From the IMG/VR virus record IMGVR_UViG_3300049846_001597, positions 1-64,000 of that record: a stretch of 64,000 bases of DNA. One strand, written 5' to 3'. Source of the stretch: a virus. Both the position numbers and the translations under genes were made by a program. Position 1 is the first letter of the stretch. Every line of letters starts with the position of its first letter. Below are positions 9,336 through 18,008 of the stretch, piece after piece. The notes beneath the pieces are model-generated. The model was not told the DNA's origin. It ran no database searches and saw only the letters and a program-made list of their open reading frames with translations.

Positions 9336-9827
9336 TCATGCGCGCTTGTTCCACGGCTTGAACGCGGCGATGGCGTCATGGTCGGGCCACGTCCCATCAA
9401 ACTGGTGGGCACGATCATCGATGGTGTAGAGCGCAGGCGGCTTGAAGATTGGCCACATGATTGAGCGAACCACCAGCTTCGACGCGCTGTGCGTCTCGTG
9501 CCACCACGGCTCCATTGCCGACTGCTTGTGAATGAAGTCTGCCCACCAGCGCGGCAGTTCGAACTCAAATTGACCGCCCTGCGGATCGCAACCACCGAGC
9601 CCCATCAGATGCGTGTAGAGCCAGCGCTTCATTGCCGGGATGCCGCCCCACTGATGGCTGCGCGACGACAGGATTGCTGGCTGAAAGCGTTCTAGTGAGC
9701 GCACTAGGTGCTCTAGCGCCCCCGGCACAGGTGGATCATTGCAAACACCAGCGCCTTCCCAGCCGCGCGCATACGTGCTGAGGGTGCCGTCGAAATCGTA
9801 GACGATGATGGGCTTACGCTTCTTCAA
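9336..9827 (-). CDS. HAD-superfamily phosphatase-like phage protein
   Basis: YDFDGTL (DxDGT), PVPGA, LSSR, KP.A...IDDRA; start moved to TTG 9827. Confidence 0.75.
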   Translation of the reverse strand: MKKRKPIIVYDFDGTLSTYARGWEGAGVCNDPPVPGALEHLVRSLERFQPAILSSRSHQWGGIPAMKRWLYTHLMGLGGCDPQGGQFEFELPRWWADFIHKQSAMEPWWHETHSASKLVVRSIMWPIFKPPALYTIDDRAHQFDGTWPDHDAIAAFKPWNKRA

Positions 9828-10114
9828 TTTGGAAGCTCCTGACAGGGGATCATGACAGATCGCGGATCGTCTGGGCGACCAGCGGTTGTGATCGCTACTC
9901 GGTAGCCACAGCGCTTGCATGTGACGATGTATGCGCCGCACCGACGCGCCGGGTAAGGGAGCGTGCTCCGGCATGCTGGCCGCTGGCCGAGCGTGACATC
10001 AGCGTCGATGCCCTTTGGAAAATCGGGGTTCGGTTTGCACTGTGGCTCGCGCTCGTGGTCGATCCAGATCAAATCGAAGCGCTCCTCATCCAGCTTCTGC
10101 GTGCGTTCTTTCAT
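9824..10114 (-). CDS. Hypothetical Cys-rich protein
   Basis: Coupled ORF with CxxC. Confidence 0.55.
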   Translation of the reverse strand: MKERTQKLDEERFDLIWIDHEREPQCKPNPDFPKGIDADVTLGQRPACRSTLPYPARRCGAYIVTCKRCGYRVAITTAGRPDDPRSVMIPCQELPN

Positions 10115-10826
10115 GGCGACTTCTCTCCCTGTGTCCTTGGCTGCAGAAAAGCTGCGCAGTCAGAGCCGTGCGTTCCGTGCGTGAGCACGCATGGGTTCGA
10201 CGGCACAGGCAATTGCGTCGGGCTCCACGGCGTCATCCAGAATGGGTTCTCGGCAGGCTTCGCAACGCAGCGCCCGTAGCGCGGCTCTCTGCGATGCCAC
10301 GGCAGGCGAGGTTGGCGCGTCCACTGAGCGCAATCCTTACACATCGCTTCCGCTTCCATCGTCAGCCTTGAGAGAGAACTTTTGGCGCAGGTTTTTGATA
10401 CGCCGGTTGCGCTTGATGATCGCTAAGTTCGCTAAGCGTAGCTGCTCGCGAAGGGTCGCCATTTCGGCATGGTGAGCATACGAAACGCGAACCTGTAGCT
10501 TGAAGTTGAAGTCGAGAAGTTCAAGTTTGCGCGCGGCCTCCTCATGGAGAGGGGATGGGTCAGCGCGGAGGTCTTTGACGATCCCTTCCGTACTGCGCTC
10601 TGACATGCATCCGTCAGCCATCGTCATTCACCCTCTCCGGGTGCAGCCTCGATAGAGACGTTGCCTGCGCCGCTGAACTTGTGCCGATAGTCAGCAAGAG
10701 CGCCGCCGCAACGTGGGCAATAGGCGGCTGTTGGCTCCACAAAAACCCACACGCTGCTCTTTGAGGATCGGCTAGATTCCTCTACCTGAAGGCATGAGTA
10801 GCGCCGCATAACTTCGGGCCAGTACA

Positions 10827-11090
10827 TCATTCTTCTCCGGGCGTTACTTCTGGAGAGCCATTCTCTTTCGCGAACGGATGGTGCTTGATGATGTCGTGCA
10901 CAGCATCTGCGCCGTGCGCTTTCGCTCGCTCCGGCCATGTGTGGCGCAGCACGAAATCTACGAAGGCTCTAGCGTCGTCACGCGCCGCTCGCTGCGTCAT
11001 GGCCAGAACTTCGGTTGTGATGGGGCCGATGCCGACCTCATTGCGAAGGCCGGATTTGATCAGCGCCTCGACACGATCTCTCAAAGCCAT
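10827..11090 (-). CDS. Hypothetical protein (paralogous to C-terminus of 12254..13150)
   Basis: FVDFVLRHTWPERAKAHGA...II.HHPFA. Confidence 0.55.
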   Translation of the reverse strand: MALRDRVEALIKSGLRNEVGIGPITTEVLAMTQRAARDDARAFVDFVLRHTWPERAKAHGADAVHDIIKHHPFAKENGSPEVTPGEE

Positions 11091-11269
11091 GTTCAGTCTC
11101 CGTGCGTTACGTTATCCGGGCCGTGTACGGCTGCGATCAGCGCCTTGCGCGCCGTCAGGCATCTTTCCCGATCCTCATAAGTTTCGCGATCAATCGCGCT
11201 CAACGACATGAAGTTCTCGCGTGCCTCCAAGTACGCATCCAGCGCATCCACGAAATTGTCCGCATCCAT

Positions 11270-11509
11270 TCACTTCCGCTCCTGTACGTTTACGCTCGCG
11301 TCTGCCGCCGCCTTGAAGTCGCTTCCAGCTTGAGCACGAAGCAGCGCGACGAGTTCGGCCAACGCGGTGACGAACAACTGAAACCCGCGCGGATCGGCGT
11401 TAAAATCGAGAGCGGCGAGAAAGGACCGCTGCATGCGCTTGTGCATGCTCGAAAGATGCGCGTTTGCGTCAAATTCGCGAAGCGCGCGCGTCACCATATC
11501 ATCACTCAC
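11270..11509 (-). CDS. Hypothetical protein
   Basis: GGAG RBS plus GTG start inside a 22-bp repeat. Confidence 0.45.
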   Translation of the reverse strand: MSDDMVTRALREFDANAHLSSMHKRMQRSFLAALDFNADPRGFQLFVTALAELVALLRAQAGSDFKAAADASVNVQERK

Positions 11510-11635
11510 GGCCATCTCCAGGGTTAGAATACAGACCCGCACGCAAACGCGACGATGAGAACGACGAGCGCGACCAGACCAAGAACAGCCCCGCCAAAAC
11601 TAGGATCAGTCTCCACGGCCATCTCCAGGGTTAGA
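11507..11635. repeat. 22-bp perfect direct repeat CACGGCCATCTCCAGGGTTAGA (11507-11528, 11614-11635)
   Basis: Read directly; each copy is stop+RBS+start on the minus strand and they flank a ~30-aa membrane-peptide ORF. Confidence 0.85.
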
Positions 11636-12253
11636 GGGTTTCTTGGCGGCGCGTTTCTCGGTTGCGCGAAGGCGCTGCTCCAGCTCTTTGATGCGAGCTT
11701 CATTTGCGCGCTTCCATGCGTCATTGAACTCAGCGGTATTCATTCGCCATCGCCCTTGAGAGAGCGGATGCGTTCCGCAATCCTGCGAGCAACAGTTACG
11801 CCGGATGCGTCTTCATGCGACCACAGCGTATACTCATCCGCGATCTTTGCAGCTTGCTCAGTCGCATCGGCGCGGGCGCTCTTGAGAAGCGCGCTAATCG
11901 CCAGCACATCCTTGTCGCTTTCGCTCAAACCACAATCGCCCTCAGCCATCTTCCCGATCTCCATTGTCCTCACTCAGGCGATGCGAACACCAGCATCAAC
12001 GGGACCGCGATCATCGCAATCGACGCGCCCGGCGCACCAAGCGTAAGCAAGCAAATCATGTGCGGTTGGCGTTCTCACGTTTCACCTGTCTGTTCTGGTT
12101 GCCAGAAGTCGTCGGTTTCTTTCTTGAAGCGTGCGTAGTCGCGCGCCGTCATGCGCCAGCTCAGATGCAAAAAGCCGATGTGCAACAGCGCGTCACCGCA
12201 GAAGGGGTGAATCTCGCGCCCCCATGACCATGGAAGTCCAATGTGAACGCGCA

Positions 12254-13150
12254 TCACTCGGCCTCCGCCTTGCTCGGGCCATACGACTGCGCGAACGGAT
12301 GGTGCGCGATGATGCTGTAAACCTCTTCGGCCCCGTGTGCGGTCGCGCGTTCAGGGAGCGTGTGGCGCAGCACGAACTCCACGAACGTCCTCGCCTCTTC
12401 GCTCGCGCTTCTGATGTGCGCTGCCTGGGCCGTCGCAGAGCGATTTGAGCGCAGAAAAACTTTGAGGGTGCGCCCATCGTCTTGTAGTGAAAGTTCAAGC
12501 GTCGCATCTGGCTCAAGCCGTTTCGTCATGATCCGGCCGTCACCAGTCACATGGTCGATCACTTCAAAGCGCGTCACCTTGTCGAAGATCACTGCTTGCC
12601 CTCCACCTGTTTCGAGAGCGCGGGAGAGAGCGGCGCGTGCGGTTGACTTGGCAAACGCAGCAATCTGGACGTACGGGTCTTTCCCGCAATTCTGATCTGG
12701 CGCAAACTCCGCTATCGCGTTCAGCGCCTCGTACAGATCAGGCGCAGCGGCGATCAGAGCGGCGTTGGCTTGGATGCGCTCCCATGATGCGCGCGAGCCG
12801 CCGTGTGTCGCCATGAAGCAAACGCGGTTCGCGTCATCGCTATGAATGACAAGGCTGTCGCCGTCACCGTATGGGACGACAGACCACGGCCCATCTGCGT
12901 GCTTCATCTCACCCATCTCTTCTCTCCTTGCTTTCTTCTTACTGCCGCTCGCGTTCGCCTTCTTGAAAGATAACCCCACATCCCCTCGCGAGCGGGGATC
13001 AGTCCTGTGCTCAGGACGCGCGTACATTCGCGTGGCACGCGACGCAGAGGCGGGGGCCTTGTTCTGTTTCATGTCGTCGTCTTCGCGCCACTCCCACGGC
13101 CCCTTAGTGTGCCCGCTCATTCGTATTCCTCTTCTTGGTGAAGGGTTCAA
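12254..13150 (-). CDS. Mosaic hypothetical phage protein
   Basis: Contains two 'H.xGPW' starts, the common phage motif ANAALIAAAPDLYEAL and a paralogous C-terminal module; true start uncertain. Confidence 0.5.
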   Translation of the reverse strand: MNPSPRRGIRMSGHTKGPWEWREDDDMKQNKAPASASRATRMYARPEHRTDPRSRGDVGLSFKKANASGSKKKARREEMGEMKHADGPWSVVPYGDGDSLVIHSDDANRVCFMATHGGSRASWERIQANAALIAAAPDLYEALNAIAEFAPDQNCGKDPYVQIAAFAKSTARAALSRALETGGGQAVIFDKVTRFEVIDHVTGDGRIMTKRLEPDATLELSLQDDGRTLKVFLRSNRSATAQAAHIRSASEEARTFVEFVLRHTLPERATAHGAEEVYSIIAHHPFAQSYGPSKAEAE

Positions 13151-13356
13151 ACAGACAGAAGCACGTATTCGAGCGCTTCCATTGCGATCAGTCGGCGCTT
13201 GTGTTGCGAGCGCCCACAGTGCGGCGGGATGATGATTTTCACACCCGTCTCGCGATGCGTGACGACCATGATCCCGGCGTCCATGCCGACATGCTGACCG
13301 CCCGCAGAGTGCGCACGCTCAACAGTCACATCGAAATCTTCCACCGGGATCGCCAT
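13147..13356 (-). CDS. Stand-alone class-I release factor GGQ (peptidyl-tRNA hydrolase) domain
   Basis: SAGGQHV....VVTHRETG......RSQHKRR..A..AL parallels RF1/RF2 'GAGGQHVN...VRITHLPTG...ERSQH.N...A'; RBS GAGG. Confidence 0.8.
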   Translation of the reverse strand: MAIPVEDFDVTVERAHSAGGQHVGMDAGIMVVTHRETGVKIIIPPHCGRSQHKRRLIAMEALEYVLLSV

Positions 13357-13407
13357 TTCCTCTCCATTTCATTTTCTTGAAGCGCTAAGAGCGCTAGGGG
13401 TTAGGAG

Positions 13408-13824
13408 TCAGCCACCGAGAATGATCAGGCCTGAGCGGGAGCCGAACGTGACGTTCTTGCGAGCGCTCATGTCGGGGAAGTCGATTGGCTCTAGGCCAGT
13501 CGTGTTCTCGTAATCATCGTCTGGAATTGCCTTTGCGCACGGCATGTAATGGCCCGCGCGGTCGTCCCAGACCTCGCCGTCGAAGAACCAGTACGAGCAA
13601 TCAGTCGTGCCGCTGTCGTCCCACGGCCACGGCCAGCCTTGCTCGGGCGCCGTCCAGTCATCGCGGGTCGCTGCGAACGATGTCACCGCCGCGCGAAAGT
13701 CTTCCTCGGTCGTGGCATCCTTGATGGGATCGTCAATGCCATCGCGATAGCCATCCCACGCGATGCTCCCGAGCCATTCGGCGCCCGCGCCCTTGCCAAC
13801 GTAAAAGTCTGCTCGCGTTCCCAT
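13408..13824 (-). CDS. Conserved hypothetical phage protein
   Basis: MGTRADFYVG...WLGSIAWDGY; strong RBS GAGGAG. Confidence 0.7.
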   Translation of the reverse strand: MGTRADFYVGKGAGAEWLGSIAWDGYRDGIDDPIKDATTEEDFRAAVTSFAATRDDWTAPEQGWPWPWDDSGTTDCSYWFFDGEVWDDRAGHYMPCAKAIPDDDYENTTGLEPIDFPDMSARKNVTFGSRSGLIILGG

Positions 13825-14128
13825 CGAAATCTCCTCAGATCAAAGTTCAGTTGAAGCGGTTAGAAGCAGGCGTCACAGGTGCAGTGCGGACGCTTGCCGC
13901 TTTCGCAGTAGCGTGAGGCGGTGTGGCTCGGGTGGAAGGACGTGCCGACTGCGCGGTAGCGGTCGCACTCCGCACACTCACCCGGAGCGGCCAGTCGGCG
14001 CGACGCGGCCTCAGGCTTCAGCAGAGCGTTCGCTTGCGCCACAAGATCAGGTTCGTCGGTCACGGGCTTCCTCTGATAAGATATATTATGTGAAATCAAT
14101 GACTTAGCGCCCTCCACAGATGGGTTCG

Positions 14129-14350
14129 CTAGTCATAGCGATGACCTCTAATGTGCGGCCAGCGCATCGCGAACGTGTAAAGCACCTCGCGCGGCAGCGA
14201 CGGATGCGCCGCAAGAATTTCCTCCATCGTGTTTCCGGCGCGCAGGCATGCGACAATATCCACGCAGCGCACGCGCGTGTCGTAGAACACGGGATCGCCG
14301 CCAAGGATGTCCGGGTCGCTGTGGACTTCAGAGGTGGGGTCAGTGTTCAT
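14129..14350 (-). CDS. DUF433 antitoxin-like protein
   Basis: DPDILGGDPVF..TRV....I...L..G.T.EEIL..HPSL. Confidence 0.8.
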   Translation of the reverse strand: MNTDPTSEVHSDPDILGGDPVFYDTRVRCVDIVACLRAGNTMEEILAAHPSLPREVLYTFAMRWPHIRGHRYD

Positions 14351-14577
14351 CGCTTCCATCCATTCGCAACGTAAGTCGTCACGTAATACTCGACCGGCAT
14401 GTTGCCGGGGTCGAGATAGGTTTTCTTCAGCCACGTGCGGTGACACTTCACGCACGAGACGCCCTCTGATGGCCCGGTGAACGAAACGTCCCACGGGCCG
14501 CCTTCGTGCTCACCGAAAGGGCAAGGATCATCGATGCCGAGTTCGGAGAGCTTCATGTCTGCCTCACTGTCGGACAC
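14347..14577 (-). CDS. Hypothetical Zn-finger protein
   Basis: Coupled ORF, CP..H/CxxC. Confidence 0.45.
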   Translation of the reverse strand: MSDSEADMKLSELGIDDPCPFGEHEGGPWDVSFTGPSEGVSCVKCHRTWLKKTYLDPGNMPVEYYVTTYVANGWKR

Positions 14578-14825
14578 TCGTGCGGGATTACGAACGCCTC
14601 AAACGTGCTCCCCAGCCCACTAGCCGGGCGGTCGCGAAGCGCGCGCGCAAGTGTTGAGTTCGCAAACCCCAGCGGGATGGCCGCACCCGAAATCTCAGCA
14701 TGCAACGCATCTTCAAGGTAACGTCCGCTCGACGCGCCGCACTCGCACTTGCGCTCAGTCATGGCGAGCTTCACTACGTCCTGACACTTGGGGCAGAAAA
14801 TCAGCTTCACAGCGCCCCTCCCCAA
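14553..14825 (-). CDS. Conserved Cys-rich phage protein
   Basis: KLIFCPKCQDVVKL...RKCECG..SG.Y. Confidence 0.6.
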   Translation of the reverse strand: MGRGAVKLIFCPKCQDVVKLAMTERKCECGASSGRYLEDALHAEISGAAIPLGFANSTLARALRDRPASGLGSTFEAFVIPHECPTVRQT

Positions 14826-15532
14826 TCGGTCATGGCGTAGTCGCGGTCGCGCTCGATCTCAGCGGCTTCCATCAAGATGCGCTCACGCCGCGCGGCGCTG
14901 TAGCACTCAAGACGCCCAATGTCGTCAGCCGCGTTGACTACCTGAAACCCCATCTGAGCGACGCGCTCTACCGCCGCATTACTGCCAATCGCTGCGTAGC
15001 CAGTCGTCACCTGCGGCAGCGGCGCGCCGCGATCAAACATCCAGACGTTGCCGATGCCGGGCATGGCTTCACCAACGGCGGCAGCGCCGCCTAGGCCGAA
15101 GAAGCGTAAGAGCGAGCGGCGGTTCACCGCTTCCATCCTAAGGCGCGGCGCAGCAGCTCGTTGGCGCGATGCAAATAAAGCACGCCGAATTGCGTAAACA
15201 AGATGACGACATAGGCCAGCGCGATGAGCAAAAGATCGAGCCAATTTTCCGGCTCAAGATAGTAACGCCAAGCGCACGCTCCAATCTGCGCTAGTGCAAT
15301 GACGATCATCGTCCAGGCGATTATCATGTGCTCTCCATCAGTGCGGTCACGAAGTCCATGATCTTGAGCGGCTGGCGCTTGGGCTTCGCGCGCGCCTTCT
15401 TCGCCAGCGCACGGCCTGCGTCGGTCATCGCCGCAATCGTGTCGCTGACGCCTTCGATGTAGCCTGCGGTGTGGCCTGCTTTGCGGCCACGCTCGTACAT
15501 CTCCAGCTCGCGCTCGTTGTAACTGCTATCGC

Positions 15533-15805
15533 TCACGGCTTCGCTTTCTTTAGCTCAACCTTGCCTACCGCTTGGTAAAGATCGTGCATCTCCGTGCTGA
15601 TTTTCTCGGCGCGCAGTTTGAGTTTCGCCTTCTGCGCCACAACCGGGTGATCCAGCATGTAGCCGTCGAAGACTTCGGCAAAGAAAAGCGCGCGCGACAG
15701 CGCCTCTTGTAAATCGAACTCGGTCAATTTCTGCGCTTTGACGCTGACTTGCGGCTCGATCTTCGCCATCCGTTTGGCGAGACGCTTCTTGGCTTTCTTG
15801 CCCAT
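15533..15805 (-). CDS. Hypothetical protein
   Basis: Coupled ORF with RBS GAGGAG. Confidence 0.55.
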   Translation of the reverse strand: MGKKAKKRLAKRMAKIEPQVSVKAQKLTEFDLQEALSRALFFAEVFDGYMLDHPVVAQKAKLKLRAEKISTEMHDLYQAVGKVELKKAKP

Positions 15806-16203
15806 CAGAACCCCTCCTCAATCGGCCCGCCAGCAGCGACACGCTCTTGTGTCTCGGCAGCCAGTTGCTTGGCGCGGCGGGCAATGAAGCTGAAGTCATC
15901 GGCCACCGGGTCGCCAGCCTTGCGGACGTGCGGCGGCGGCGGCGGCAGCGGTTGGCCGTCTTCACCACGCACGGGCGGCGGCAGATCGTGCGCGGAGCCG
16001 GGCTTCGGCGCGATAGCGCGGTGGCCGGTGCTCAGCGGGCCGCTAACATGCACAGGCGCACCCGGCTGCTTTACGCCATTGGCGAGGTAGTTGCGGCGCG
16101 AATCCGGCACGCTAATGCTGACCCGGCACGCGGGGCAAATGCAATGCTTGCTGTATTGGGTATCCCACTGATGCTGACAGCGAATACAACGAATGGTCTG
16201 CAC
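15805..16203 (-). CDS. Zn-ribbon and Pro-rich hypothetical protein
   Basis: CIRC...CPAC, poly-Pro tract. Confidence 0.5.
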   Translation of the reverse strand: MQTIRCIRCQHQWDTQYSKHCICPACRVSISVPDSRRNYLANGVKQPGAPVHVSGPLSTGHRAIAPKPGSAHDLPPPVRGEDGQPLPPPPPHVRKAGDPVADDFSFIARRAKQLAAETQERVAAGGPIEEGF

Positions 16204-17583
16204 TTACTTGTCTCCCTTATTCCGGCCTCGCGAGCGGCGCTTCGACCACCCGCGATACTTCGCCTCGCTTGCGAGGCCCATACTTTCCCCGGCGCTGCGC
16301 ATCCGCTGAAGCTCCTGCTCCACAAGATGTTCGGATGCGCCGGGTATTTTCGCGGCGGCCTCCTTGGCCGAGAAGCCTAATGTAGTACATAACACCACGG
16401 CTTCAAGAGATTTCTGCGCTTTCTCGCTCAGCGGCCTCTTGCCTCTCCGTCCGTCACCCTTTGTTGGCACGACTTTCACCTCACCTTTGTAGGCATCGAT
16501 GGCGGCGCGCTGCTCGGGTGTCATGCGACTGCGGGCGGCCTCTTCTTTCGTGTCGGCCACCGCCTCCATCTGCTCAGTCGTCATCTCTTCAATGCGCGGC
16601 AACTCGCCACTGCGGTTCATCTCCGCCAGTCGCTCTTGCGTGACAGGCTTCGTAAAGCGAGCGGCCTTCAGCAACGCCGCGAACCGGCGTGCGGCCTCTT
16701 CCGGTGGAAAGTAGTCGTCTGGATTGGCGACTTGATCTTTGGCGATTTCCGCATCGGCATCGATCTTGTCGATTTTCTTCACTTGCTCGCGCGTCAGCGC
16801 GGCAGCCTTCTTTGGGCGGCCAGCCTTCTTTTTGTTCGGTCGCATCTCATCCCAATAGAACGTGTCTCGTTTGCGCGCAGGCGGCGCAGGCGGCGCAGGC
16901 GGCGCGGAAAACGAGACTTGTTGACCTCGATAGGTGATGTCGCGCTGACACGCCTTGCAGCGGAAAGTTGGCCTCCGCTTGGCGATGCTTTCAGCGTGCA
17001 GCGTCCAAAACTCTTCGCCGCCGCACTTGCACTTAAGCCCAACAACACGCGCCTCACGCTTCGCAGCGGCAGCCGCCGCCAAGCGCTCTTTGTTTGCCTC
17101 CAAATGCGCGGCTTTTTCTCGGCGAACAGTGCGCAGCTCCGCCGCGCCGCGCTCAAGCAGAAGTTCAAGCATCGGCTCATTCCAGATCGTGCCGCGCTTT
17201 ATCGCGCTCGGGATCGAATGCCACCAGCGCGCCGCCACGCGCGCTGTGATGCCTCCTGCAAGCGCCAGCTTGCCTAGAGACGGCTGCGGCCCCAGGCAAG
17301 CTTGGCACATACGGATGATCTGGCTCCACGTCAGATTAGTGGCGCCCTGAAAGATGGTTCCCATCTTGGTGGAGAAGCTGGCGCGGCAATTACGATCCGC
17401 GCAGCGATAGACAGCAGCCCACTCAGACGTGGGGCGCGAAATGCGGTAGGCGTTGTTGACCCCGCCACACTTCACACAAACCGGCCCAGCGGGCCACAGC
17501 AGCCGCTCAACCGCCGCTACAGCTTCGGAATCGGTCGCCGCGACAATGGCGGCTAATTGAGCGACGGTGACGGCGGGGCGCAT
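16204..17583 (-). CDS. Protein with IS1595-transposase-like N-terminal Zn ribbon/HTH, no DDE domain recognised
   Basis: LWPAGPVCVKCG...YRC..RNCR..FS.K.GTIF; second CxC...CxxC; C-terminal HTH-like segment. Confidence 0.65.
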   Translation of the reverse strand: MRPAVTVAQLAAIVAATDSEAVAAVERLLWPAGPVCVKCGGVNNAYRISRPTSEWAAVYRCADRNCRASFSTKMGTIFQGATNLTWSQIIRMCQACLGPQPSLGKLALAGGITARVAARWWHSIPSAIKRGTIWNEPMLELLLERGAAELRTVRREKAAHLEANKERLAAAAAAKREARVVGLKCKCGGEEFWTLHAESIAKRRPTFRCKACQRDITYRGQQVSFSAPPAPPAPPARKRDTFYWDEMRPNKKKAGRPKKAAALTREQVKKIDKIDADAEIAKDQVANPDDYFPPEEAARRFAALLKAARFTKPVTQERLAEMNRSGELPRIEEMTTEQMEAVADTKEEAARSRMTPEQRAAIDAYKGEVKVVPTKGDGRRGKRPLSEKAQKSLEAVVLCTTLGFSAKEAAAKIPGASEHLVEQELQRMRSAGESMGLASEAKYRGWSKRRSRGRNKGDK

Positions 17584-17606
17584 GGGTAGGACAATTCTCC
17601 ATCCCC

Positions 17607-17635
17607 ATAGTAGCGACTACTAACGCCGCCGACAA
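17607..17635 (-). promoter_or_regulatory. Putative sigma70 promoter
   Basis: TTGTCG-17 nt-TACTAT upstream of the 17583 start. Confidence 0.55.
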
Positions 17636-17639
17636 CCCC

Positions 17640-18008
17640 TCATGCGACGAGAGTGAGTTCCGTTCCAGCCGCCGTCTCCGCCAGCAGATGGTCAACAACG
17701 GCTAAGCCCTTGCTGGTGATTTCGATGTCGCGCAACCTGAGGTCGCCCTTGCGACCCTCGCGGGGGCGGCGCGCTTCGCTACGGATGAGGCCGTGGCGGG
17801 CCATCGTCGTCATAGCGCGGGTGATGGTCGGCTTCTGCACCTTCAGCGCCCGCGCCAACTCGCCCGTTCCCCACGGCTCGTCGCGGCCTTTGCGCTGCTC
17901 GTTGGTCATCATCACCAACAGCGCCAGATCGCGCACCGTGAGCAGCGTCGTCGCCTTGTCCTCGGCGGCGCGCAGCAACAGCATCGTCAGCGGTTCAAGT
18001 TTGCTCAC
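17640..18008 (-). CDS. MarR-like winged-helix regulator
   Basis: GELARALKVQKPTITRAM..M...GLI...D.R...IEIT.KG. Confidence 0.8.
   Translation of the reverse strand: MSKLEPLTMLLLRAAEDKATTLLTVRDLALLVMMTNEQRKGRDEPWGTGELARALKVQKPTITRAMTTMARHGLIRSEARRPREGRKGDLRLRDIEITSKGLAVVDHLLAETAAGTELTLVA

Noticed and set aside
13147-13356. Stop-codon reassignment implied by the release-factor domain
   Set aside because: Genes read normally in the standard code, all three stop codons are used, and the tRNA is not a suppressor.
16204-17583. Active IS1595 insertion sequence
   Set aside because: No DDE catalytic region or terminal inverted repeats recognised.
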